A DNA stretch of 64,000 nt from the human T2T-CHM13v2.0 reference genome, Homo sapiens. The stretch is taken from the NCBI RefSeq assembly GCF_009914755.1, contig NC_060933.1. One strand, 5' to 3'. Position 1 is the first letter of the stretch. Each line of letters opens with the position of its first letter. Shown here one piece after another: positions 1 to 14,929 of this stretch. The notes beneath the pieces are model-generated. The model saw nothing but the letters and a program-made list of their open reading frames with translations. It made no database searches and had not been told where the DNA came from. A program made the translations under genes and the position numbers.

Positions 1-66
1 TCTCAAGTGATCCTCCTGCCTCAGCCTCCCAAAGTGCTGGGATTGCAGCCATGAGATACCGCACCA
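1..66 (-). mobile_element. Alu (5' end, truncated by window)
   Basis: gtgatcctcctgcctcagcctcccaaagtgctgggatt is antisense Alu left arm. Confidence 0.9.
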
Positions 67-2239
67 AGATTTTTTTCTCAAAGGCCCTGGGATGACAGGA
101 AGTAGCACAAGGTCCAGAGCTAAGACCCCTGAGTTCTGATCCCAGCCAAGCCACTGATTGGGTGATCTTAAGACAATCACTCACTCTAACTAGGACTCAT
201 TTTCTGCCTGTAAACTCAAGAAGTGAATCCAAATGAATTCTAAAATTTAGTTCAGCTTCTATTACTTTAGCAGTTGAATTTCAGGATTCAAGAACAATAC
301 AAGGAATCAAACAACTATCAAAATAGCAGGTAAATAGGCAGCTATCAGAACAAGATAGAGCCAACCTTGGCAACAGCCCTCTAAGGAAAAGAGTGCTCAA
401 ATGAAGGGCATCTACTCCAGCTTCTTCTCCAATGCCCCTCTTATGGGGCCAGAAGTTTCAGACTAGCCTGAGCAACATAGTGATAAACCTATCCACAAGC
501 ATCTCATGATTCCTGCCAGGATTAATCCAGAAGGAGCCATGTTCTTTGTCAACCTGGCAGACAAGATACCAGGGGACAGAATCTGTCCTTCTCTACTTTT
601 CCTTCTGCCCTTTCTCGCCCCTTCTTCCTTCCCCCAACTACCAATTACCCTTAACTTGGATTGGTAAGGAATTGAGAAACCATCCCAGATACAAATACTA
701 CTCTGGCAGGAACTTGGTTCATGTAAAGCCTCTGCCTGCAAAATCTTGACAATAGCAAACAGAGGGCAAGCAATTCCAGGCTAGTTAAGTAGGAAAAAAA
801 GCCAGCTTTTATTTGCTGTAGATAAACCTAAGCTTTTGCACTGTAACCTATATCAGGTACCTGAACCTATGTGCAAACCCTGCACCTTGTCCTCTAGCTA
901 GAAAGGGTGAAGTTAAAAACTCAAGAAAGTACTGTGATCTCTTATTGAAGAGATAATCTTCCCAGGAGTACAAAGCCACTCAAGATTGAGAAACCAAGTG
1001 GAATGTAAATAGAAGTTCACTGGGATGTACCAAAGAGAGCACTAACCATTGGGGAAAAAAAGTTAATTTGACTTCTTGTTAATAGGAAGGAGAATCTGGC
1101 TCACTATCCTCAAGTATCTATGAGGCATTAAACCTTATTTAGGACATAAAGGGTAACTTTGCATTACAAAGCTACATCTCACAGGGATGTTTAGGTGCTG
1201 CTGTTTTCCAATGACAATAACCTCATCTTGTTGTTCTGAGTTGGGGAACAAGGTCCACACCATTTTAGAGTACTGAGCTTTCAGTACCCTAAAAATGTTT
1301 AATTTGCCCATAGAGACATTTCCATAAAAGCCGTTTTGTTTTATTTTACCTCCCAGATAAGAAGTTTCTCTTAGCAATTAAGAGCAATTCCATGGGTCAT
1401 TTTTTTGATTGCCAGGCATCGTAATCTAATTATTCCAGATTTTACATTCCGTGCATATTATCTGTTATGATTCTAAGAAAACTTTCATCAGATGAAGATT
1501 TTGGAATAGACTCATGCAGGAGCCGCTCCCATTTTCTCTACAGGAGGGGCGCAGGGCAGCCATCTGGCTGTAAGTGGTCCTGGAAGCTGCACTCACATAG
1601 CAGCTTACATAAGATCAAACCATGTCAACAGTTCACATCAAAGAGGGGGCAGTGGATGGAGATTATGCCCCCTTTCCCTTTCATCCACATGGCCAGTACC
1701 CTGATCTCTGGCAGAGTCACACTTTAAATCACTTCTACTAGGTAAGAGTCTAGCGTTGTTTTCTAGTTACCACACAGAAATTTAATAACCTGTGTATTCC
1801 TGGTTGAAACTGACCAGGTAGTAATTTTTTTACTTTCTCACATAACTTAGTTTCTCAGTGAAATACTGATATCCTTTCAGTAGAGTATTCTTTCTTGATT
1901 TTGAAAAGACAAAGGGAACAACATAAGCCCATGTTTGAGGATGACCTATTTCTGCAGCTTAAAACTCAGGTAAGACTTAAAGGTTACAAGATTCTTTAGA
2001 AAAACAGATGCACTAGCTTCAATAGCAATTAGTAATAACATTTAAAAAATGCCTCTCTACCAGAGCTGTCCTGCTTGTCAAATAATCCAAAGAGACATTA
2101 TATTTCTCATTAGGCAATAGTCCCAAACAGTTTCAAATCTGTCACTTCCTTTTATTTTTCTCTCTCCATTTTCATCATAAATATAAAGGAAAACAAAATG
2201 ATTACAGCTGTGCAAAGTCTGTTTCCTGATTACCTGATA

Positions 2240-2700
2240 GCCAAGAAAGGGGCGGGGACAGCATAAAGAACACAAGCTTTTCCAGGATGAGTGGATACGG
2301 AATAAAATGCAGCTGGCAGCTGTCAGTTGCAAGGGGCTGGGCAGAATTCGGCATCCTCTCATCCCCCTCCCGTCTCCCCCGCCAACTTCCCAGCAGCAAG
2401 AGATTAGTCTTTGAAAACAACACTCTCCATCTCATTCTGTCCTTCCCGTACCGATCTCCTAAAAGCTACACCAGGACCCACCTACCTTCTGAGGATGAGA
2501 GGAGGCTTTCTAACGGAGGGTGAGAAGGATGCACGACTACAGCTCTTCAGCATCTCTCTTCTGAGCAGTTAACTGGAAATACAGATTCGCCTCCATTTTC
2601 TGGTCACATGATCTCTGGCACATCTAAATAAGGATGATCACCTGCCTCCCAGATCTCCCCATGCAGCCGCTCTGGCTAGGGGGCACAGCTGGGGCTGTGC
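2240..2700. promoter_or_regulatory. Putative internal promoter in PRUNE2 intron 9
   Basis: Repeat-free, relatively GC/CpG-rich sequence around the alternative exon. Contains a GC box GGGGCGGGG (2249-2257), an M-box-type E-box TCACATGA (2604-2611) and a CArG-like CTAAATAAGG (2624-2633). The TSS cannot be determined from sequence. Confidence 0.55.
2486..2553 (-). CDS. PRUNE2: Alternative first coding exon of short (BCH-domain) PRUNE2 isoform: MLKSCSRASFSPSVRKPPLILR-R
   Basis: ATG at 2553-2551, then 22 codons plus AG, then donor AG|gtaggt at 2486. This is phase 2, the same as the exon 9 donor, so it can splice in frame to exon 10. The peptide matches my recollection of a short PRUNE2 isoform N-terminus. 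Confidence 0.8.
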
Positions 2701-3240
2701 TGAGTTTCATTTGGGAATATACGATACCCTTTCACCCACGTTGTGGAGTCAAAAATGCTCTTTAATTTTTATGTCAGTTGAGGAAAACTGCTGCTACTCC
2801 TGCTCCCGAGTGAGACTGGATGTGAATGGGCTCAAAGCACAAGTTGTAAGGAATTTAGTTCTCTTGAAACCTCTTTTTAAAAAAAATCCTGTAGTTTCAC
2901 AGCACATACCTATATGACAGCAATGTAATTATTTTCATTGAATGAACAGTGGTTAAGATCATAATAAAATGGACTGTGGAAGCATAGCAGGATTCATAAG
3001 GAAGTCCAGCTTCGGTCCTAGAGAAAGTTAGGATGCTTGTCTAAGATCAGTACGACTTCAGCGACTGGGAGAAAAAGGGGTGTGGAAGTTAACCTGTGGA
3101 CCCTGCAGTCACAAGGCCAAGTTCAAAGCTGATTTCTACCACTTATTAGCAAGTGTGGACGTTACTAAACCTCATGGCACCTTAAGACTGCTCATTTACA
3201 GAATGGACAGTAATCATGATGTTCTTTAAAAATGGTAAGA

Positions 3241-3421
3241 TAGCCGGGTGTGGTGGCACGTGCCTGGAGTCCCAGCTACTCAGGAGGCTAAGGCAGGAGA
3301 ATCTTGAACCCAGGAGATGGAGGTTGCAGTGAGCCGAGATTGCATCGCTGCATTCCACACTCCAGCGCTGGCAACAGAGTGAGACTCCCTCCACCCCCTC
3401 CCCCCCTCCAAAAAAAAAAAA
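3241..3421 (+). mobile_element. Alu right arm only
   Basis: tagccgggtgtggtggc...gagactcc followed by an A tail. Confidence 0.9.
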
Positions 3422-3779
3422 GGTAAGATAACCTATGTAGAGACTCTGGGTTAAAATAAACTCACAGTACATGTTAGCTACTACTACTATTATTAATTCT
3501 AAAAATGCCAGCAGATATATTGACACAATTAAGGCAAATAAAGTATTAATGAAATGTTTACAAAATAGAAAGGCATGTGTTTATTTGTATGATCTTCAAA
3601 AAATATATATTATCAGATAAACCAAAGACTTCTAGCAAAATGTCAATTTGGGAAATAACTAAATATCCAATGTTACATAATCTTTTTCTTTTTTTGATGG
3701 GGGGGGCAGGTGAGGAGGGGACCATGGCAGAATAGGGGGATGGGCAATTTTAGGTAATCTCCAATTGACCTAACTCTAA

Positions 3780-4148
<369 letters not shown>

Positions 4149-4573
4149 TTAGCTCCTATTCTTATGGTAAGAAAGGGAGTAGACAAGGAAGGTGCAAATT
4201 TTCTATCTTTATTTAAACTAAAAGCCTACAAAATTCTTCATAATTATGAATAGTCATGAAATAATTTCTCACGTGCCATGTATCTTTCAGCTATGAAGGA
4301 GACGGGGGTGGGGCCCACAGGAAGGTGTCACTTTGCAGGGTCACTGGCTGTCAGAGGTTCAGCAAAAGCATGGGTGAATTTTCCCAAATCATTAGGGGAG
4401 AAAAAATAACTTCGGAGCTGGTTGTATCTTGGGAATGTCTGCCCAGGGCAAAGGCTGAAAATGGGGATCTTGTCTTTAAGAAGTGCTGGCTCATTAGAAG
4501 GGGCTTCCTTCCCCATTTGGGAAAGGCAGCAACTGAAGGCTACAGAACAGACACTGTAACTAATTCTGTTTTA

Positions 4574-4889
<316 letters not shown>

Positions 4890-5442
4890 TAATTCTGTTT
4901 TAAATAATAATATCTGTTTTGGAACTTAGCAGTTGGCCAGGCACAGTGATTAAGTTATTGTCATCAGGCCAATCATAGATACCTTAAAAACATTTTAAGT
5001 AATACTTCATTAAATGGAAATGTGGGACATAGGTTATCACCAGTAATACTCCTTTTTGTCTTGCAAGATGTTCTCACAGATTGTGCCAGGGCAAAACAGT
5101 CCTAACTCAGAGTATGCTGGGCATTTGAGGAAATGCATTATTTTATTCATTATACAAAGGCAGTTAAAAAAATTTTTTTTAAATAAGAATTACTGCTTAA
5201 CTGCAGTAAATAGCATTCTATTATGTTGAAAAAAAGGGCACGTAGATGTCAAATTCTCCAGTGGAGTTTTAGTTATTCTCTGAGAGCCTAATTAATACTT
5301 TTAAATTATTATTTAATAAATGGAAGTTTAAAAAATAAATATAAAAAGGTCTTTGAAGATTACATATTATCAACAGCTGCTTGAGTTGATGGTATAATAG
5401 ATGACTAATTAAATAAAACCATGTTCCTCTCTAATAAAAAAA

Positions 5443-5742
<300 letters not shown>

Positions 5743-6357
5743 AGGAGAAGTTATTTCAAGGTGAAGAGATTATAATACCCATGGTATAGGCAACAGATGA
5801 CCAAGAAGGAAAATTGAACAGACACACCTATTTTCTCCCCATGAGGATGAGTGACTAACAAAACTCTAAGAAAACTGAAAGGCTGAAAGAATCTTGGAGG
5901 AACTGTAATGAACAAGAAAAGCATGGGAACACTGAAAATGGGTAACTATGGCCTCAAATTACAAAAGAAGGAAAAAGATGGATTTGGTAACTTGAGAAAA
6001 GAAAGATGCATATTCCTTCCAAACTAAAACTAGCACATCTCCCTTGGGAAAAGAAGCAACAAATGCCAGAAATTATCACAGTGTCATTAGAAGCAAATTA
6101 TGTTGAGCAAACTACCCTTTCTTTTCTATTCATTCAATCAGGCATATTTATGGGGTGTCTAACATGTGGCAGGTGCTATTCTAAGCAACAGGGGTACCGT
6201 GATGAACAAGACAAACCAAACTCCTGCTTTCTTGGGGGTTATACTCTCATAGGTGGAGACAGATGCAACAGAATCAATTAAATAAATAAGTAAATAGAAG
6301 ATCTTTTCAGATGGAAAAAAAAAAGTAGTAGCAATAAAATAAGGCAGAGAGATGGAG

Positions 6358-6552
6358 CAGAGTTCTCGACACTGGCAGTGTTGACATTTGGGGCTGGATA
6401 ACCCTGTGTGGCGGGGGGCACTCCTGTGCACTGTAGGATATGTAACTGCATCCCTGGCCTCTGCCCATTAGATGACAGCAGTACCCACCCCAGTTGTGAC
6501 AACCAAAATGTCTCCGACGTCAGCAAGTATTCCCTGCTGGTTCAGAACCGGC
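6358..6552 (-). mobile_element. MER20 (hAT-Charlie DNA transposon)
   Basis: ttgacatttggggctggata...ggcctctgcccattagatg...cagttgtgacaaccaaaatgtctcc matches MER20 reverse complement. Confidence 0.85.
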
Positions 6553-6739
6553 AGCTTGGACTTCTACAAAGGGTTACCCAATCCTGCACTGACTTTTTGA
6601 TAGCCTTTGTTCCTGAAGAACTCTTACATAGATCTCAGAAACTGATCCTCCAATGTACTGGAGAAACAGTTAACTAATTGTGCACAGGAACATCTCAGGA
6701 CAGTTTTCAGAGGCTGAGGTCCACCACTCTCCAATTCGG

Positions 6740-7470
<731 letters not shown>

Positions 7471-8360
7471 GAATATACCCTGCTTTCGAAAGTCATGGCT
7501 TCTTGTCTTCCTCAAATACCAGCAATTTTCATAGAGATTTTTTTCCCCCTAAAGCAAGCAATGCCACTAGTTGTGATGTTTCAAGTTTCCAGCCAGAGAA
7601 GCACCTTGGGTTTTTCCTCAAACTAGAAGCCAATACAACACAAATGGACTCCTTTGTGGGCGTTCCTCCCACGGGGAAACAGAGTTGCACCACCTCATCT
7701 TGGCACTTGTGGCTCTCTCTGGCTGTAAAATCCCTCACCACAAAATACCACACCTATAAATATTTGGAAAACGTAAATGAACATTGAGGGGCTTTGATGC
7801 TCTCCCTTCCCTCTGGCCTCCAACCACTCGAGTTGGTCCCACACACCACAGATGGGGAGCAGCCCACTGACATGGCACAAGCACTCACAGATCCACCATG
7901 GGAGCAAATATTTACTCAGGTATCAAAAAAGCCCAGTAGGTCACAAGACAGTCTGAGGAGTCAGGCATGGGTTCTGGCTAAGTCTGTCTCAAAATATCTC
8001 CTGTTACACTTTATGTGCCTTTCAACGAGATAACGGGAGAACAGGAATGAAAACATCAACCTATAGATGCAGCTCAAGAGAAATGCTTGTTTGGGCAGCT
8101 GTGTTTCATTGACAAGCACTGGGCTAGACAGAGAAGACTTAAATTTAGGTCCTAACCTCACCACTTTCTCATTTCTGGATGACATGAAGCAGTTCATGTG
8201 TTAAGTCAGTTTGCTCATCTGGCTGGGAAATGGGGAGAGGAACACTTGCCCTGTCTATCTCAAGTGTCATTTGGGTGGACCAAAGAAAATAATCTATTTG
8301 TCAGTCTGCAAGCACTTACTATGGAAAGTCTGCTCTGGGTAGGGCTGGCCAGAAATGTAG

Positions 8361-8749
<389 letters not shown>

Positions 8750-9700
8750 AAAGGACTTTTAATGATACTTATCACCACCAGCTCACCAACATACCACACC
8801 AACAGATCAAATATAATTACAAAAATAAATGAACACAGAGTCAGTGCTAAGTTTGTTCTTCCAGGTTTGGTACAGGGCAAAGCCCAAAAATGGTGAATAG
8901 GCAAGGGCGCACTGGAGTTTAGAGAGCATCAACTCACCTCTGAGAAACGGCAAATGTTCAGAACTGGGGTACAGCTTGGTCTGCCTGATGTTTCTCAGGG
9001 TTCCCATTATCCGACATTGAGAGAAAGAGTCAACTGATTTTTAAAATCTATTTCTCATTTTCAACATTCACGTGGATAAAAGACCCAATGTACTAAACTC
9101 CCCAACCATAAGTCATAGACAGAAAAAGTCTGACTTCACGAAAAACAAAAAGATCTCACGGTGTCACTCATAAGCAGAAAGATAAATTCTTTTCTACAAT
9201 GTTATCAGACATGAAAAAAGGTGAAAATTACTAATTTAAAAAGAAAAGATGCAGACAGATCACCATAGAACCAAATACACTGTGTTCGAAGGTCATCTTT
9301 ATTTCAGGGAATACTGAATACCTCACCTCACAGAGCTAGGAAACAAGATACAGCTCCACAAGTATGAGGGTCAGGTGATGTCTCAATACTGTTTCAAAAG
9401 TACATGACACAACGATTTCCTCTCTTCTCCTTCCCCACCCCACCCCCACCCCCTCCCTCCATCCCCCATGGCTGCCTGTATCTCCAAAAGATTCATCAGT
9501 TGAATATCATCCCTTTTCTCAATCCTCTTGGAAATGATTTTTTAAAATTCCCTTGCACATTATTTCCTTGCTCATATCTATGGAAAGCCAATATATCTAT
9601 ATATCGATTATCACATTTTCATATAATTCAGATAGTGACTTTTAAAATTTTAATGACTTAATCCTTGTTTAACATATAGATCAGATTTTTTACTATAACC

Positions 9701-10185
9701 TGTGATAGTTAATGTTTACGTTTCGACTTGGCTAGGCTATGGTGCCCAGTTATTTGGTCAGACACCAGTTTAGATGTTATTGTAAAAGTATTTTTTTAGA
9801 TGTGATTAACATTGAAATAGGCAGACTTTGAGTAAAGCAAATTACCTTCCATAATGTGAGGGGGCCTTCATCCAATCAGATAAAGGTCTTAATAGCAAAG
9901 TCTGAAGTTTCCTGAAGAAGAAGGAATTCTCCTGAAGACTGCAGCCCAGAAACCTGCCTGCATTTCCAGCCTGCAGCCCTGCAGAACTCACATTCACGAC
10001 TGCAATGCTGACTCTTCCTTGAGTTTCCAGGCTGCCAGCTTGCCCTATAGACTTCAGACTTGCCAGCCCCCATAATCGCATGAGCCAATTCCTTAAAATT
10101 CTCTCAGTAGCTAGCTAGATAGCAAGATGGAGATCTAAATACAGATAACTCCTATTTGTTCTGTTTTTCTGAAAAACCCTAACAT
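9701..10185 (+). mobile_element. MLT2-family (ERVL) solo LTR
   Basis: Starts tgtgatagttaat...cgacttggctaggcta; contains ccataatcgcatgagccaattccttaaaat; ends ttctgtttttctgaaaaaccct. Confidence 0.8.
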
Positions 10186-11461
10186 GTAACCAAATTACCC
10201 CTTTCTTCACACATCATTCTTCCAATCATGCTTTCTTTAAAATAAACAGCTAAATGTTTCTTCCTTTTAAGAAAGGTCTGTGTGCTACAGATTACCCTGC
10301 AAATGTTCTTTGTGACTATGTAGGAAAGATCAGGCACATCCATCACTGTCTTGGGGAACTGGTATTTGATCCCCTGCTGGACAGGTCTATAGCTGGAGGA
10401 TGACCAAGGTGTTGGCAAAGGATTCTGGAAAGATTGATCCTAGGGAACATGAATGCAGTGCTGCAAATCTCAAGGGAGAGAGGTTATCTTTCAGCCCTAG
10501 TAACAAGTTTTGTTAACAAGAGTCAGTAGGTGGCATATGAGGAGAAAAGGCATTTTTCTCATGCTTTCTCAGATTTTCAAAATGTGGCTTGCAGCTCTCA
10601 AAACAGTTTGGCAGCTAAGAGAGGCTGAGGCTGAAGGAGGGGAGGGAAGAAGCTGATTTGCAGCTGGTGAGTCATATTGCACATACTATGAACCTATTTC
10701 TATTTAAGAAGAGGCTTTCTTAATTTTCTTTTTTGCAGAATGGTCTTGATTTTGGATCTTCTGTTCTATGATCAGATTATGTGTCAGAAGATGTTTCCAG
10801 GTTTTTGTTTGGGAAACCACAGCTATCTCATTGTTTTGCTTCTGTGATTACCTTCCTGTCCCCATGGCTTCCTTCATAGTATTCATCTCAGTTCACTCAG
10901 CTAGCTTCTTACCCTCTTCTTTGCCTTTCCAAATTATGACCTTTCCTTTAGTGACTTTCATAAGCCCCTTCAGGAGTGCCTTCATAAGCCCCTTCTGTCA
11001 TTAAAACATTTTTTAAAAATTTATTTTATAACTTTGTTGGTATAAAGACAAATCCACTTGAAAGTATAATAATTTTTTCTTCTGACTATAAAAGAAAATA
11101 TTCTCATGGGCTCCTTAAAGTATCATGGGCCCTGGGCACTCTGTCTCCTGTGTCTGACAGAGAATAAGCCATTCCTGCTGCCTGCTCCATAAAGGCGCCC
11201 GAAACAGATATCTCTCCTCTTATTTCCTCACTTGTATAATTCTTGTCTCGCAGGGTTGCCCTATGTAAAGTGAAATAGCGCAGAGTGCTTAACACCTGGT
11301 CCAACAGCAAATAGCCTGTAGTTAGTACCCATTTTATACTTAAACTGACATTGGGCATTGACTAGCTTGACTTAAATATTACACTGCTATCTACCTTTTT
11401 ACTTATGTCTAACTCTTTAGTTAAACTGTAAACTCCTAGACGGCTGACAGTATGTTTTAAA

Positions 11462-11638
11462 CCAGTGGTTCTCAAGCTTTGGAGGGCATCAGGAGTTGCT
11501 GAAGCTCAGCTGGCTGGGCCTCACCCCCAGAGTTCCTGATTCCGGAGGTCTGAGTCGGAGCCGATAATTTGCATTTCTAACAAGTACTCAGGTGATACTG
11601 ATGCTGCTGTTCTTAGGACCCCACTTAGAGAACCACAG
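11462..11638 (+). mobile_element. MER5A DNA transposon
   Basis: TIRs cagtggttctc...gagaaccacag; internal tttgcatttctaacaag...caggtgatactgatgctgctg. Confidence 0.85.
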
Positions 11639-12442
11639 TTTTAGACAACTCTTTATTCTCCCAAAATCTAGCACAGAGGGAGACTTACACATTCACAGTA
11701 AATTATTTATGCAAAAGATAATACACATGCCGGAGGGAAAATCTGCCCCATCCCCATTGTGAGAAAAGTTTCAGTACTACAAAAGCTGAGCAGAAAGGGA
11801 TGAGCAAAGAAATCTTGTTGAAAGAAAAGGTGCTGGTGGCACAATTGAACACTGACTGTCATCTGTTGGATCTCGGGGCATGTGCAAAATGCACACAAGA
11901 AGCCAAACAATAGCTCAGCCAACTCATGGCTGCCTGAGTTCTGAGCTCAATCTATAACAATGCCAGCAGGGCTGCTGGGATCCATCTGCTACTCTCTTTC
12001 TGATAACGGATCTGGGGTCTCTCTGGAAGAAAATAGCTTGACAGGAAGAAAGAAGGATTAGGCCAGCTGACAATGTCTGGATTTATGAAGCTGCCCTGGA
12101 ATATGGTAGAGCTTTTAACCCCTTCTGCACTTGGCTAATCCTCAACATACCCCAGCTATTCTTTCCATTGTCCTTGTTCCTTTCATCAAGAAATGTAATT
12201 TGTGAATGCCAAAGCTCCCCTGGACACATTCTGTTTCCACACAAATTAAGTTCCCAGAATTTAATACTGCAGGAAGCCTTGAGATCTTTCAGCCCAACTC
12301 ACTAATTTTACGCATGAGAAAACCTAAGCCTGGGATTAATCCTAAAATGTATAATCAGTCATGGTAGAGGCAGGCTGGAATCCAGATTCCTTGACTCACT
12401 GTGGGTATGTGATGTGTATAGTCCTTTATACTCCCAAGCTGA

Positions 12443-12761
<319 letters not shown>

Positions 12762-13014
12762 GATATCTTTTCTCTATTACATTTTAAGGAGAAAACATGA
12801 CTTTCCCCGTTACTTAAGTTACTTTTCACAATTTGTTCTTTTGTCCCTGGAAGCAGGTGGGCTTCATAAACACAAATGAAGAGAAATGAAGAATGCTAAA
12901 CAGTTTCAGCAGAGACTGGAAGCTTGAGGGCAGTGATGACATCCTATTCCCTGATATATGCCCATTGGCTACCCAGAACCACGGCACAGAGCAAGCTCTC
13001 AAAAACCACATGGT

Positions 13015-13054
13015 GAATGAATGAATGAATGAATGAATGAATGAATGAATGAAT
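13015..13054. repeat. (GAAT)n microsatellite
   Basis: About 10 direct GAAT units. Confidence 0.95.
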
Positions 13055-13234
13055 CACTGATTTAATGACAGTTTGCCAATTTCTCTGCCAATTAGGGAAT
13101 GAATGTGTTACACTGAGATTTGGAGACTGCTGTGGAGCCTGTCTCTTATCTAACTATAAGTTAGGTGCTTACATAAAACCAGAAAATGCCTTGTATTTGA
13201 AAATATGAAAATGCCTCTGTATGCTAAGCAGTGT

Positions 13235-13450
13235 GTCAACTGAGAAAGTACAGGCTTTGGAGGTGGCAAGCTTCGAATCCCAGGTGTTCACTCTGGTTAC
13301 TTAATTCTAGGCAAATTATAGAAAATTTCTGAGCCTTGAATCCCCCTACTCAACCCTACTCCTTCCATTCCCCCCACTGGCATGTTAGGATTAAATGAGA
13401 TAATGTATGCAAACTGCCTTGCACATAGTAGGTGCTGATTAAATGTTAGT
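13235..13450 (+). mobile_element. MIR
   Basis: ggattaaatgagataatgtatgcaaa...cacatagtaggtgct is MIR 3' core. Confidence 0.65.
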
Positions 13451-13762
13451 GTCACTTCCTTGTATTCCCAACTGCCTGTTGAAGAGTCATGTAGGTATTC
13501 AAGTAGGTGGGGTGGCAGTTGGGGGGTAGGTATAAGACTCTGAATGAAAATTGAAGGGGCTTTTTGGCTGAAAATGTACATAAATTATCATTATGGTTAT
13601 AGTTATCTAGTAGCTGCTTTTACTGATGGTGTGCCTTGCATTCAATATAAGCAAAGCTGCTATCATCCAGGTATTCCTCATATTCCATAACCTCTAACCA
13701 TTTCCCAGGTTTCTAAATAAATTGCTTTTCAGGAAAAAAAATAAATCTAGCTTTTTGCTTAC

Positions 13763-14510
13763 CCATTTGGTCTTGATATCCTGGTTCCGAGCTCAAGGAA
13801 CTCTGTCTCCTCCTCCATTTCCGTGTCAGGGATCATGTTTTTCTGAACAGGCTGTGGTGAAAGCATTTCCCATTCATTGTCATGGGTAACTGCATCCGGG
13901 CCAGCCCTGCCTCGGCTCTTACTCTTCTGTGATTGGCTGACTGGACCAGAGGCTTCCTCTAGTGCTAAAGATTCTAGAGGCTTCATTTCTTCCAGAATCT
14001 GCAGCTGGGGACCCTCACCCAAGCCGAGTTCAGAGAACGGCTCCACAGTCTTGCCAGACCACCCAGGCCCTGAGTCCCTGGCATCCAGTGATGGATCACC
14101 AACCTCACTATGGCCCAAGAACATCCAACTCTGGTCTTGTGCAGGGCTTTCAAAAGATGATCTCGTATCGCCTTTAGAAGACATTTTCTCTGCAGAGAGA
14201 CCTTTTCTTTCATTTAAGGAGGCTGGCTGACATGTGTCTGGGAAGCTTGCTAACTGAGTTCCCTGCAGCCCTGTTTCTTTGGAACCTACATACAATTCTA
14301 ATTCAGCTATGCTTTCTCTTTCTTCACAGGTCTCTGGCTTTGAGTGTGAATTTTCTTCACGGTTTACAAGTATGTAATCCATGTGTAGTGCATGACGATC
14401 TTCATTCTTCTCTGTGCATCTTTCTTCCTTGTATTCTGATTTTATCTGCTCAGGCTCTTTGGTAGGAATTGTTTTTTCTTCTTCCAATTTTGGTATTTCC
14501 TTGCTGGCAC
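13763..14510 (-). CDS. PRUNE2: PRUNE2 coding exon 9 (GASKEIPKLEEE...RISRPN-G), 748 nt
   Basis: Acceptor cttctag|GT at 14510 completes the phase-1 Gly codon from exon 8; donor AATGG|gtaagc at 13763 (phase 2). Matches ORF 13759..14547. Confidence 0.95.
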
Positions 14511-14612
14511 CTAGAAGTGGAAGTTGAAAGTGAGAAGAGGAGAACAAGGTTTAATTAACACATTGTGTGATTTGTGATCCTTGCAAATGATCATCTAAAA
14601 GAGGTAATTTAA

Positions 14613-14929
<317 letters not shown>

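Noticed and set aside
2573-2590. uORF peptide ANLYFQ resembles the TEV protease site ENLYFQ
   Set aside because: Coincidental; no vector or tag context.
2670-2690. CTCF-like ggctagggggcac near the internal promoter
   Set aside because: The 5' CCA core of the motif is mismatched; not supportable without ChIP data.
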